A DNA stretch of 64,000 bases from an uncultured Bacilli bacterium (GTDB lineage Bacteria; Bacillota_I; Bacilli_A; RF39; UBA660), in the NCBI GenBank assembly GCA_947628905.1, contig CANRBQ010000003.1:336-64335 (forward strand), written 5' to 3'. Position 1 is the first letter of the stretch; each line of letters starts with the position of its first letter. Below, one piece after another: positions 9,576 through 19,182 of the stretch. Both the position numbers and the translations under genes were made by a program. Below the pieces are notes generated by a model, which was not told where the DNA came from, made no database searches, and saw only the letters and a list, made by a program, of their open reading frames with translations.

Positions 9576-10631
9576 CTAATACTTTATTTTATAACTAACA
9601 TCATTCATTTCACATGTTGGTCTAAATCCTGGTTCAGCTTTAATTACATCTGGTATTCTATTTACAATATCTGCACAAGTAAGTTTTACTGTATCCGGTT
9701 TATTAATCGTAACAGTTGTTTCTGCATCCCCATAAATAGTCCATTCATTAGTATCAAAATCATCAGGTCCATAAACTTTACCAACAGATTCTGCTTCAAT
9801 AGTAATACCTTCTTCAGTCTCTAATATTGCAACTGCTCTCATTCCTGTTGCATCCCCTGCTTTAATATCCATTTTTAAAGTATCACTATGTAAATCAATT
9901 TCACTAGTTGTTGGAATAGTTTCACTTTTCATCTTTTTAGGTGTTAAATTCAGCTTTTGAGCTAACCAACCAACTGTATTCCACATATAAGAAGGCATAT
10001 ACTCTCTATTATTAATTATTTTATTTCTTTCTTCTTCACTTATTTTATCAACAATTGCAATCTGTTCATCAAATTCATCTAATGTTAAACCCGCTCCATG
10101 AACCTTTGCAAGTGCTATTCCATAATCTTCAACATTATAAGAACTACTTCCTTTAATTTTAGTTATACCGTGACTAGAACCCGCAATAGATGTAATCATA
10201 TTACCCCAAAAAACATCTTGATATCCACATCCTGTAATAGTAACATTATTTGCTTTAGCTAAAATATCAAGTTCATGATATAAAGTAGGATTAGAATTTT
10301 TAGCATAAAAACATTCTTCAGAAGTTGTAATAACATTAACTCCATTAGTAACACAACATCTTATTTCATTACTAACATCATTTAAATAACTCATTGTCGC
10401 AATCACGGCAATATCTGGTTTCTTTTCTTTTAATAATTCATCTAAATTAGAAATATCATTAATTGTAACTCCCCTATTTTCTGAACCTATTATAACTCCA
10501 ATATCTTCTCCAATAACATCTGAATTAATATCAACAGCTCCAACAATATCTCCCCCTAAATCATAAATATATTTCATAATATATTTACTCATTTTACCAC
10601 AACCAATTTGCATTACTTTAATTTGTTTCAT
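9576..10631 (-). CDS. NAD(P)-binding oxidoreductase, DapB-N / amine-dehydrogenase-like
   Basis: N-terminal Rossmann motif [12 protein letters not shown]. Length and layout resemble the 2,4-diaminopentanoate dehydrogenase / DapB-like family. Weak, motif-level call only. Confidence 0.4.
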   Translation of the reverse strand: MKQIKVMQIGCGKMSKYIMKYIYDLGGDIVGAVDINSDVIGEDIGVIIGSENRGVTINDISNLDELLKEKKPDIAVIATMSYLNDVSNEIRCCVTNGVNVITTSEECFYAKNSNPTLYHELDILAKANNVTITGCGYQDVFWGNMITSIAGSSHGITKIKGSSSYNVEDYGIALAKVHGAGLTLDEFDEQIAIVDKISEEERNKIINNREYMPSYMWNTVGWLAQKLNLTPKKMKSETIPTTSEIDLHSDTLKMDIKAGDATGMRAVAILETEEGITIEAESVGKVYGPDDFDTNEWTIYGDAETTVTINKPDTVKLTCADIVNRIPDVIKAEPGFRPTCEMNDVSYKIKY

Positions 10632-11532
10632 TTAAATCAACTCCTTCTTCTCTAATCATATCCGCAAATTCAACTTTAAATCTTTCAATTTCTTTTAATT
10701 TTGCATCTTCATAAATATTTTTAGCATTACAAATAGCTTTATAAAAATGTTTTAAAGTAACTATTTTATTATTATCATATAAAGCATAAGTAAAAGCATT
10801 AGCAACGATAGTTAAACATATATCTGGATATCTAGATGCAATCTCATATACTCTTTTATATTCATCCGTCATTTCTACAATAAAACGCATTATTTTTTCT
10901 TTAATAAAATCTGTATAATTACATTTAACCCCTATTTGTTTTTCTAATTTAGGAATAGAACCCATTAAAATCATCACCGTAGTATCTTTATCAGCTTCTA
11001 ATACTTCTATCTTTTGAAATCTTCTTAAAAAAGCTCTATCTCTTAAAATATAATGTTCATACTCTTCTGTTGTTGTTGCTCCAATCATTTTAATAGTACC
11101 TCTATCTAATCCGGCTTTTAACATATTAGCAAAGTCCATACCACCCTCTTTATTAACTAAAAGATGTGTTTCATCTATAAAAACAATTACATTATCTTTA
11201 CCTGCTAATTCTTTAACTAATAAATCTATTCTATTTTCACTAGTTCCTCCTACTTCTGTACTACCAATTAAACTACTTATATTTATTTTAATTATTTGAT
11301 AATTAAGTAAAACATCTGGTACATATCCCTTAATAATTCGGTAAGCTAATCCTTCCACAATTGCTGTTTTACCTATTCCAGGTTTACCTACTAATAAAGC
11401 ACTTTTCTCAGGAGTAAGTAAAGTAAGAATCATTTGTTTAATCTCATTTTCTCTTCCAATCGCTGGATCTGTAATATATTCTTTTTCTGTTAAATTTTCT
11501 CCATAACGCTCTAACATACTAATTCCTTCCAT
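10618..11532 (-). CDS. Stand-alone Clp/Hsp100 D1-like AAA+ ATPase
   Basis: [50 protein letters not shown], Walker [37 protein letters not shown]. Collinear with the first AAA module of ClpA/B/C, but the protein ends after it. Overlaps the downstream gene by 14 nt. Confidence 0.7.
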   Translation of the reverse strand: MEGISMLERYGENLTEKEYITDPAIGRENEIKQMILTLLTPEKSALLVGKPGIGKTAIVEGLAYRIIKGYVPDVLLNYQIIKINISSLIGSTEVGGTSENRIDLLVKELAGKDNVIVFIDETHLLVNKEGGMDFANMLKAGLDRGTIKMIGATTTEEYEHYILRDRAFLRRFQKIEVLEADKDTTVMILMGSIPKLEKQIGVKCNYTDFIKEKIMRFIVEMTDEYKRVYEIASRYPDICLTIVANAFTYALYDNNKIVTLKHFYKAICNAKNIYEDAKLKEIERFKVEFADMIREEGVDLNETN

Positions 11533-11613
11533 AATATATTCCTTTCTATCTTCTAACTATATTATATCATAAAAGAGTCTATTTAAAAATAAAAAAGCAA
11601 AGTACTTATTACT

Positions 11614-11994
11614 TTACTTAACCATAACTAGTTGATTAATCCATAATCCATGTAAATTACAATAATCTAAAGCTTCTAATACTTCTTCATTTTTATCTAA
11701 ATTAAATTTTGCTAAAGGCTCCATATTAGGCTCTAAACTAACTTTTTTAATCTCTTTATTCGTAACTAAATAAATCCATTTAATATAATGTTTATCTTCC
11801 ATTGGATGATTAACTTCTCCTACTCTAATAGTTACCTCATCATTATTAATATTTACAACCGGTACATGTTTTTCTTTTGCCGCCTCAACATCATTACATT
11901 TTAATTTAACCATTTTATTGCCACAACATGAATCACAAGCTCTATCTATTGGAACAATCTCTCCACATTCTAAACATAACATATATTCTTTCAT
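11614..11994 (-). CDS. Desulfoferrodoxin-type superoxide reductase
   Basis: N-terminal CxxC..CC metal site (CLECGE..CDSCCG), EKHVPV motif, HPMEDKHYIKWI. ATG at 11994 follows GGTGA. Confidence 0.75.
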   Translation of the reverse strand: MKEYMLCLECGEIVPIDRACDSCCGNKMVKLKCNDVEAAKEKHVPVVNINNDEVTIRVGEVNHPMEDKHYIKWIYLVTNKEIKKVSLEPNMEPLAKFNLDKNEEVLEALDYCNLHGLWINQLVMVK

Positions 11995-12036
11995 TTTTAT
12001 CACCAATTCTATTTTATCAAATATTATTATTTAAAT

Positions 12037-13671
12037 CTATCTTTTATAAATATTTTCCTGAATTTGCTCTAAACCTAATTTATCAGTATAACTAATATTA
12101 ACTAATCTAGCTTCTCTAAAAATATCTTCAATATCATCTTGTTCAAAGTCATCACTTAATAAATCTAAATTAACTTCAAAAGTAAATTCATAATTCTTAT
12201 CAGCTTCTACATCCCGCGCCACATATTTATTTACTTTTACTGTTTCTACATCTTCATCTTGAAATCTTCTTAAAGTTAAATATACATATTCTTCATCATT
12301 ACTTTCTGTAACTTTTAAAACATTATAAGTTTTTATAAAACTAACATTATAATTATTTTGATTATCATAATTTTTATTATCAGTTAATATTTTATAATTT
12401 TTTTCATTAACATAAATAGTTTTATATATTTTAAAATTATTAACATATATTTTTTTATTTTTTAAACTATTAATAAATAATTTAAATATATCTTTATTCC
12501 AAGAAAAATTCTCTATATCTTCCTCCAAACATATAGCATTATATCCACATTCATCAATCTCTATTTCTACTCTTAAATTATCTTTAAAATCAGGATATTT
12601 ATATTCAATTTTAACTATATCCCCTAAAGTATTATCTATTTTAATTTCATCATAATCATATATCATTAAAGTATTTTTCATTTCTATATTTCTTGAAATA
12701 GTTTTTGTATCAGTTTTTTGATAATCATAAATAATCTCTGTATTAGTTATTTCTATTGCTCCAATAGTAAGTCCTGTTCCCATTAATAATATAATAATAA
12801 ATAACCTAGTTAAAATTATCCAAGCTTTCATTTTTCTTTTACAAATAAAATTTATTGCTATCTCTAAGAAAAAAGCTCCGCCCAAAAATAAAGAGAGTAC
12901 TAAAAGTAATATTCCATAATATTTAACTCCATTTATAAGTAAATAAATCATTAAAGCAAGAATAATTGTAATTCCTATTAAAAAACATACTATAAAGAAA
13001 CTAATAAATATAAAAAATGCTTTAAATATTACATCACATATTCTATTAACCACATCCCTATTATCAGTATCTTCATCTATTTCTTCAGGTCTATTTTTAT
13101 AACCTAAATCTTTTTCTTCTTCATCTTTTTCTATTATATTATTCGCAAATTTTTTAAATAATCTTTTATCAAGCATTTTTATAAAAAATAATATCGCAAT
13201 AATTGTATAACTTAAATCAATAACAAACTCCCATATATCGGCAAAAATACTTCCAACTGGACTTCCTAAATCTAAAAACAAATTTTCACCCAAATTTTTA
13301 ACTAAACTAAAAGGTAATCTAATTATTCCAATAATAAGCATAATTAAAGCAATTTCAATAATAATTTTAATAATATCTTTCGAACTTTTATTATTAAACG
13401 AATCTACAAAATCACTTATTTTATTAGTAATTCTTGTTAAAAAATCCGTATTAACCTCTTCTTTTTTCTCCTTAACTTTATAAGCGGCAAGCATTTCTTT
13501 AACAATTAAATCTAATTCTCCCAACTCTTTAACTGCTTCTTCCTCAGTTAATCCTGCATTAACTTTTTCTTCAATATATCCTTCATATTCACTAATAATA
13601 TCATCAATTTCTGCATCTTCTAAAACATCTAATCTTTTTCTTAATTTACTTAAAAACTCATTCTTTTTCAT
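12037..13671 (-). CDS. DUF1700-type membrane protein (PadR partner) with large extracytoplasmic C-terminal region
   Basis: N-terminus FLSKLRKRLDVLEDAEIDDIISEYEGYIEE is typical of DUF1700. Several TM segments. Overlaps the upstream PadR gene by 14 nt. Confidence 0.65.
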   Translation of the reverse strand: MKKNEFLSKLRKRLDVLEDAEIDDIISEYEGYIEEKVNAGLTEEEAVKELGELDLIVKEMLAAYKVKEKKEEVNTDFLTRITNKISDFVDSFNNKSSKDIIKIIIEIALIMLIIGIIRLPFSLVKNLGENLFLDLGSPVGSIFADIWEFVIDLSYTIIAILFFIKMLDKRLFKKFANNIIEKDEEEKDLGYKNRPEEIDEDTDNRDVVNRICDVIFKAFFIFISFFIVCFLIGITIILALMIYLLINGVKYYGILLLVLSLFLGGAFFLEIAINFICKRKMKAWIILTRLFIIILLMGTGLTIGAIEITNTEIIYDYQKTDTKTISRNIEMKNTLMIYDYDEIKIDNTLGDIVKIEYKYPDFKDNLRVEIEIDECGYNAICLEEDIENFSWNKDIFKLFINSLKNKKIYVNNFKIYKTIYVNEKNYKILTDNKNYDNQNNYNVSFIKTYNVLKVTESNDEEYVYLTLRRFQDEDVETVKVNKYVARDVEADKNYEFTFEVNLDLLSDDFEQDDIEDIFREARLVNISYTDKLGLEQIQENIYKR

Positions 13672-13987
13672 TTAATTCACTCCTTTTTATAAATCTATTA
13701 ACATTTAAAGAAAACTTCTTCCATTCCTCTAATTGTTGCTTTTTCTTCTCTTTCCCTAATGCCGTTAAATGATAATATTTCCTAATTGGTCCTTCACTTG
13801 ATTCTTTAGTATAAGTATCAAAACAACTTTCATTTGTAAGTCTTTTTAATATTGGATATATTGTTCCTTCATTAACATCCACTACTTTACTAACTGCTTC
13901 CACAAGTTCATACCCATACATATCTTTTTTCTCTACCATTACCAAAATAAGTAATTCTAAAACCCCTTTTTTATATTGGGTATTCAA
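13658..13987 (-). CDS. PadR family transcriptional regulator
   Basis: LELLILVMVEKKDMYGYELV..GTIYPILKRL..RKYYHLT winged-helix PadR signature. Confidence 0.85.
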   Translation of the reverse strand: MNTQYKKGVLELLILVMVEKKDMYGYELVEAVSKVVDVNEGTIYPILKRLTNESCFDTYTKESSEGPIRKYYHLTALGKEKKKQQLEEWKKFSLNVNRFIKRSELNEKE

Positions 13988-14113
13988 AACTAATCACCTC
14001 TTTCTTATATCTTAAATCTACTACTATGTTTTGTCAAGTACTAAGTAATACATATATATTTATAATTTTTAAAAAATATGCTAAAATAATAATAGTGTTA
14101 AGGGTTGATGAAA

Positions 14114-14416
14114 ATGAAGTTTAAACATTTATTAATTATTATAGGTATTCTATTAGTTCTTTTAACCTATAATTTATTTTGTTATTATTTTGCAAGTAAT
14201 ACTATTAAAGAACAAACAACATATCCTATTAAAACTTATCTAAAAGAACATAATTTAAATGATGATTATAAATTTATTAAAGCTATTAATAATAAAGATA
14301 ATTCCCTAAGTATTTATATAAAAACAAATAAAGAATACTATCATTTTATCATGTTAAAAGATGGTGCCTATAAAATATTAGAAGTAAATCGAGATATTCC
14401 CGTTTATATAAATTAA
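14114..14416 (+). CDS. Small single-TM protein, unknown function
   Basis: MKFKHLLIIIGILLVLLTY signal anchor. ATG at 14114 is 9 nt after AAGGG. Confidence 0.4.
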   Translation: MKFKHLLIIIGILLVLLTYNLFCYYFASNTIKEQTTYPIKTYLKEHNLNDDYKFIKAINNKDNSLSIYIKTNKEYYHFIMLKDGAYKILEVNRDIPVYIN

Positions 14417-14435
14417 AAAAGCTTTCTAAAAATTC

Positions 14436-15356
14436 TTAGAAAACTTTTTCTTTAACTTCATAATTAATATCTAACTCATAATTATTTAAATCTTCATAAT
14501 TAATTACTAAAATTTTAGCATCATGTGAAAATCTTTTAATATCCATAACATAATATATATAGCAATTATCTTTATTTTTCTTTAAAAATTCTAATTCTGA
14601 AGTAGACAATTGAAAAACAACATTTTTTTCTTTAGCATTTAAAGAACCTTTAACTATAATATATATTTTATTACCATTTTTATCTAAACTTTCTATTTGA
14701 TAATCTTTGCCATTTATAGCTTTTATATCATCTTGTTTAAAATTTATATTAAGTTTTTTTAATCTTCTTTCTTCATTAGGAAGAACAATTATTTTACTTA
14801 ATTCTATAGGATCAACAGTATTTGTTTCCATATTAAGAAACCCATTTTTAATATCAAATTCTTCTTCTATTCCCTTGTTAATAAGTTCTTTTTTAGTATT
14901 TAAATTTTCATATTTAGCTAAAAAACTATCATTATTTTTTTTAGTTTCAATCGCGTCTTTTTCTTCTTTCTCTTCTACATATTTATGAAAAGTATCTATA
15001 TTCCAATTCTTACTTTTAGCAAACATTTCTAAAGCCGGATAATAATAATTTTCAACATCCTCCATTGAAATATAATCCGTATAATCATTATTTATCATAA
15101 AATTAACGAAACCATTCTTGTCATTAACAGCCCTTTTTAAAAATACATTACTCATATTATACTTTACTCTAAGATGTCTAACTTGTTTTTTTTTAAGCCC
15201 AAAAATATCTCCAATTAAAGAATCAGGAATATTCTCCTCTATTGCCAGTTTATAAAGAATATCTTCTGTTAAATCTTCTTTTTTGAAGTTATACCCTCCT
15301 TTTTTCTTTGCTACTAATTCATCATAAAGTTGTGTATTATCTATTTCTAAATCCAT
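14436..15356 (-). CDS. HTH + DUF3883-like (PD-(D/E)XK superfamily) protein; partner of the upstream nuclease-NTPase
   Basis: N-terminal HTH-like IPDSLIGDIFGLKKKQVRHLRVKY. C-terminal DYQIES..KIYIIVKGS..FQLSTSELEFLKKNKDNCYIYYV matches the DUF3883 pattern (GYDI.S..IEVK..LT.NE......Y.LYVV). AGGAGG RBS overlaps the upstream stop (12-nt gap). Confidence 0.55.
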   Translation of the reverse strand: MDLEIDNTQLYDELVAKKKGGYNFKKEDLTEDILYKLAIEENIPDSLIGDIFGLKKKQVRHLRVKYNMSNVFLKRAVNDKNGFVNFMINNDYTDYISMEDVENYYYPALEMFAKSKNWNIDTFHKYVEEKEEKDAIETKKNNDSFLAKYENLNTKKELINKGIEEEFDIKNGFLNMETNTVDPIELSKIIVLPNEERRLKKLNINFKQDDIKAINGKDYQIESLDKNGNKIYIIVKGSLNAKEKNVVFQLSTSELEFLKKNKDNCYIYYVMDIKRFSHDAKILVINYEDLNNYELDINYEVKEKVF

Positions 15357-15368
15357 ATTTAACTCCTC

Positions 15369-17660
15369 CTACCTAAATAAATCATCAATTTTTTCCCACT
15401 CATCATTTTCTTCTAAACTATTATTATCTATATATTCTGCAGTCCATTTTGCCAGTTTATCAACAATAAATAATGCAAATTCATTTTCAGTATTTATACT
15501 ATTAAAAATAAAATCATAATGAATATCTTCCTCTTTAATTAAAAAAGAACCATCACCCAAAATACTAGGGATCATTTCATAAATATCTTGTTCAATCTTT
15601 TCTTTAATTAAAGGATAATATTTATCTATATAAAATTGATATGGTTTATTTTTATCTATATTAATATTTAAAATCCTAACTTTTCTACTAATAATATCAT
15701 ATAAATTCATATCTATTTGTTCTATTAAACATCTTTCAAATGCCTCGATAAGATTATTTTTAAAAGTATCTAATTCTTCTTTATTTAACTTATGTTTTTC
15801 TTTAATTAATGCATCATTCAAGTATAAAATATTATCATAAGATAAACATTTTAAAAATCTATCTAAATTATTAAAAATTATATCTTCTAAATTATAAAAT
15901 TTAACCATTCCATTTTTAATTAAATCAATTAATAAATCTTCATATCCAAATTTAAAATTAATAATAAAATCTTTAAAAACCTCTTCTACATAATCTTTAA
16001 TTTTAATATCTCTTAAATCATAATCTATAATTAAATTTAAATAATAAAAACTATTTGTATAATTTATTACTTTTAATTTACTTAAGGTATTATTATATAT
16101 CATTTCATAAATAATTTCTTTATTATTTTTAAATTTTTCTATCTGTTCTATATAATAAGCATTTTTTATAATATTTATTTGTTCATTTATATTATTCTCT
16201 ATCTTTTTCTTTAAAAAATCATTAAGCGAATTATTAACAACTAAAATAAATCTTTTATTATTAAATATTTCTATTTTTATTAATGAATTAGTAAGTCTAT
16301 TAATAACTTCTAAAAAAGTATTTAAAGTAGTTTTATTTATATTATTTAATATTCTTTTATTAAAAGCATTTTTTAAAACATCTAATTCTATTTTAGTATT
16401 AGTAAGAGAATATAAAGTATTAAGTAAAATTCTATCTTCTTCTTCAAGTCTATTTCTAAACTCATCCTCCCAAACTTTATCAGGATTATCTAATTTTTCT
16501 AATATATAATTAATATAATCTTGAGGCTTAACACTTAAATAATTTTTGGGTTTTGTAACATATTCAATTATCCGTGGATTATAATTTTTATGTTTAATAA
16601 TTAAAGCATAATTTTTATTCATTCTAAATTCTAACATATATTCTTCTGGTAAATTATTAAAATATATATGATTATATAATATTTTAGCTTTTTCCCAAAA
16701 AGACATTTTATTTAAATCAATAAGATAATTTTTATCTTCACACTGTTCCATTAAATTAGAAAAAGCTATTGATGAATAATTAGCTTCATTAATTATTGTA
16801 ATTCTACTATTAAGTATTAATTTTTTATTAGGATTCTTTTCAATATAACTTATTAATGCTTTAAGTTCATTTGGCTCTTTATCACTTATATTTAAATAAT
16901 GTTGCCCTAAAAAATCATCTAACAATACTATTTCTTTTTTCGCAGGATCACTACAGAGTATCTTTTTAATATCTTTAATATTATTATCTGATGTATATCT
17001 AACTGCAAAATCTTTACTAGCAAAATAAAGAAGTAACATTTTAGAAATAGTACTCTTTCCTACTCCAGGATTTCCTACAATAATTATTAAATTATTTTTT
17101 ATTAAACTATTACAACAATCAAAATAAGCTTTAGTATTTACAAATAACTTAGCATAATCATTAATTTCATTTAATATTTCTTCACAATCAATAAAAACAT
17201 TTTTATTTTGAATAAGAGTTAAAACATTTGAAGAACACAACCACAATTTATAATTTTTTTGTACAATATCTTTATTTTCTTCTTTAGCTAAAAAATCATC
17301 TATATCTGTTTTATCTATTATATTACTTAAATCTTTCATATAATCTTTAAACATTAAAAATATTTCTTTTCTTCTTTTAGGAGTTAATTCTTTTGAAACA
17401 CATATATAATAATTTTTAGGATTATTATTTTTTACATTTGGTACTTCTTTCATTATGTTTCTTTTTAAATCACTATAACTACTATCATTAAAATGTTTTA
17501 CTTGAATCATATATTTTAAATCTTCATCACTATCTCTAAGATCTATTCCTTGATCTTTCCCTCTTTTAAATCGATGAAGTTTAACTTGTAATTTAACTTC
17601 CATAATATCTTTACACAACATTTCAAATTCATAATCATTTAAGTTTGCTAAATTGTACAT
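15369..17660 (-). CDS. Mrr-type restriction-endonuclease domain fused to a P-loop (STAND/AAA-like) NTPase and a helical C-terminal region
   Basis: N-terminal FEMLCKDIM..GKDQGIDL..YMIQVKH (Mrr_cat D..QxK pattern). Walker A IIVGNPGVGKST, Walker B EIVLLDDF. About 480-aa alpha-helical-looking tail. AGGAG 5 nt before the ATG at 17660; the ORF extends to 17717. Confidence 0.65.
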   Translation of the reverse strand: MYNLANLNDYEFEMLCKDIMEVKLQVKLHRFKRGKDQGIDLRDSDEDLKYMIQVKHFNDSSYSDLKRNIMKEVPNVKNNNPKNYYICVSKELTPKRRKEIFLMFKDYMKDLSNIIDKTDIDDFLAKEENKDIVQKNYKLWLCSSNVLTLIQNKNVFIDCEEILNEINDYAKLFVNTKAYFDCCNSLIKNNLIIIVGNPGVGKSTISKMLLLYFASKDFAVRYTSDNNIKDIKKILCSDPAKKEIVLLDDFLGQHYLNISDKEPNELKALISYIEKNPNKKLILNSRITIINEANYSSIAFSNLMEQCEDKNYLIDLNKMSFWEKAKILYNHIYFNNLPEEYMLEFRMNKNYALIIKHKNYNPRIIEYVTKPKNYLSVKPQDYINYILEKLDNPDKVWEDEFRNRLEEEDRILLNTLYSLTNTKIELDVLKNAFNKRILNNINKTTLNTFLEVINRLTNSLIKIEIFNNKRFILVVNNSLNDFLKKKIENNINEQINIIKNAYYIEQIEKFKNNKEIIYEMIYNNTLSKLKVINYTNSFYYLNLIIDYDLRDIKIKDYVEEVFKDFIINFKFGYEDLLIDLIKNGMVKFYNLEDIIFNNLDRFLKCLSYDNILYLNDALIKEKHKLNKEELDTFKNNLIEAFERCLIEQIDMNLYDIISRKVRILNINIDKNKPYQFYIDKYYPLIKEKIEQDIYEMIPSILGDGSFLIKEEDIHYDFIFNSINTENEFALFIVDKLAKWTAEYIDNNSLEENDEWEKIDDLFR

Positions 17661-17724
17661 AACTACTCCTAAAGAATTTCTTTCCCATATTTTACCATGT
17701 CTATTTTTCAAATACAATAAAAAC

Positions 17725-19092
17725 TTAATCTTTTAAATAATCATCAATAGTAAAATCTTGAGGACCAATTTCATCTATTTTATTCCACGCTATAGGCACA
17801 GATAAAGTAGGTTTATTTTTAAGTCTTAAAGAATATGGAGCTACACTTGTAGCACTTTTCGTATTTCTAATCCAATCAATAAATATTTTTCCTTTTCTTT
17901 CTTTTTTTCTAATATTTGTTGTATATTTATCTGGATATCTCTCTTCTAAAGCTTCGGCAATCATTTTAGCAATATTCCTAAATTTTTTCCAAGTAACTTT
18001 CTGTTTTAAAAAAACAATTATATGATAACCTTTCCCTCCACTTGTTTTAATACTTGCTTTTAAGTTAAGTTCATTAAGTATTTTTTTTAAATCTTTAACT
18101 CCATCTTGAATTTTATCTAAACTTAAACTTTCTTCAGGATCTAAATCAAATACCATCATATCAGGATGATTAATATCCGATACTAATGATCCCCAAATAT
18201 GAAACTCAAAACTATTCATTTGTACTTCATAAATTAATCCCTGTTCATCTTTAATATAATAATAATCTTCTTTTTTTAAAGAATTATTTGGAATTGTTAC
18301 TTTCCCTAAATAAGGATTCTCTCCTAAATGTTTTTTAAAAAATTTTTCTCCTCCATAACCATCAGGCATTCTAATTGTACTAATAATTCTATTCTTAATT
18401 AAAGGTAACATTTTTTTAGCAACTTTATGATAATATAAAGCAATATCTAATTTTGTTATTTTAGGATTTTTAAAAATAATCTTATCAGGATTAGTGATTT
18501 TAATACCACATATTATAGCGTCTTTCCTAGATGTTTTAAATTTTTTCTTCTCTTTATTTAAAGATATCTCTTCCATCGTTCTTCCAGTTTTAATACTTGT
18601 CTTATAATTATTAATATCATCACTATTGATATATTTATCATTTTCTTTAATTAATAACCAATTATTTTCTTTAAATCTAACTAAAGTAAAAGCTCCTTTT
18701 ATTCTTTTACCCCTAATAACAAATTTAAGATTCCCTTTTTTTAATCCTTTCTGAAAATCCCCTATAGGTTCATAATATCCTTGATCAAAAAGCATAACAG
18801 TTCCTCCCCCATACTCTCCTTTAGGAATTGTTCCTTCAAAATTTCTATACGCTATAGGATGATCTTCTACTTTAATTGCAAGTCTCTTATCTTTAGGATT
18901 AAAAGATGGCCCTTTAGGAACTGCAAAACTAATTAATACTCCATTCCATTCTAATCTCAAATCATAATGTTCTCTTCTAGCCATATGATGTTGTATTACA
19001 TATCTTAATTTTTTCTTTCCCTTTTCTTTTTCTCCAATTGGTTCTTTTGTTTTCCTAAAATTTCTTTTTTGATTATATTTTTCTAAACCCAT
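17725..19092 (-). CDS. ligD: LigD-like protein with 3'-phosphoesterase and primase-polymerase domains only (no ligase domain)
   Basis: PE domain: YNQKRNFRKTKEP, YVIQHHMARREHYDLRLE, PKGPS, VEDHPIAYRNFEGTIPKGEYGGG. Pol domain: ITNPDKIIF, FHIWGS, MVFDLDP, SGGKGYHIIVF, IFIDW. Start at Met 21 (GAGGG RBS). Confidence 0.8.
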   Translation of the reverse strand: MGLEKYNQKRNFRKTKEPIGEKEKGKKKLRYVIQHHMARREHYDLRLEWNGVLISFAVPKGPSFNPKDKRLAIKVEDHPIAYRNFEGTIPKGEYGGGTVMLFDQGYYEPIGDFQKGLKKGNLKFVIRGKRIKGAFTLVRFKENNWLLIKENDKYINSDDINNYKTSIKTGRTMEEISLNKEKKKFKTSRKDAIICGIKITNPDKIIFKNPKITKLDIALYYHKVAKKMLPLIKNRIISTIRMPDGYGGEKFFKKHLGENPYLGKVTIPNNSLKKEDYYYIKDEQGLIYEVQMNSFEFHIWGSLVSDINHPDMMVFDLDPEESLSLDKIQDGVKDLKKILNELNLKASIKTSGGKGYHIIVFLKQKVTWKKFRNIAKMIAEALEERYPDKYTTNIRKKERKGKIFIDWIRNTKSATSVAPYSLRLKNKPTLSVPIAWNKIDEIGPQDFTIDDYLKD

Positions 19093-19182
19093 ATTTATCC
19101 CTCGTAAATTAGTATATAATAAACTCCTATTTTTATAAGTAATAAAAAACATAAATATATCTTATACTTATATTGATGAATA

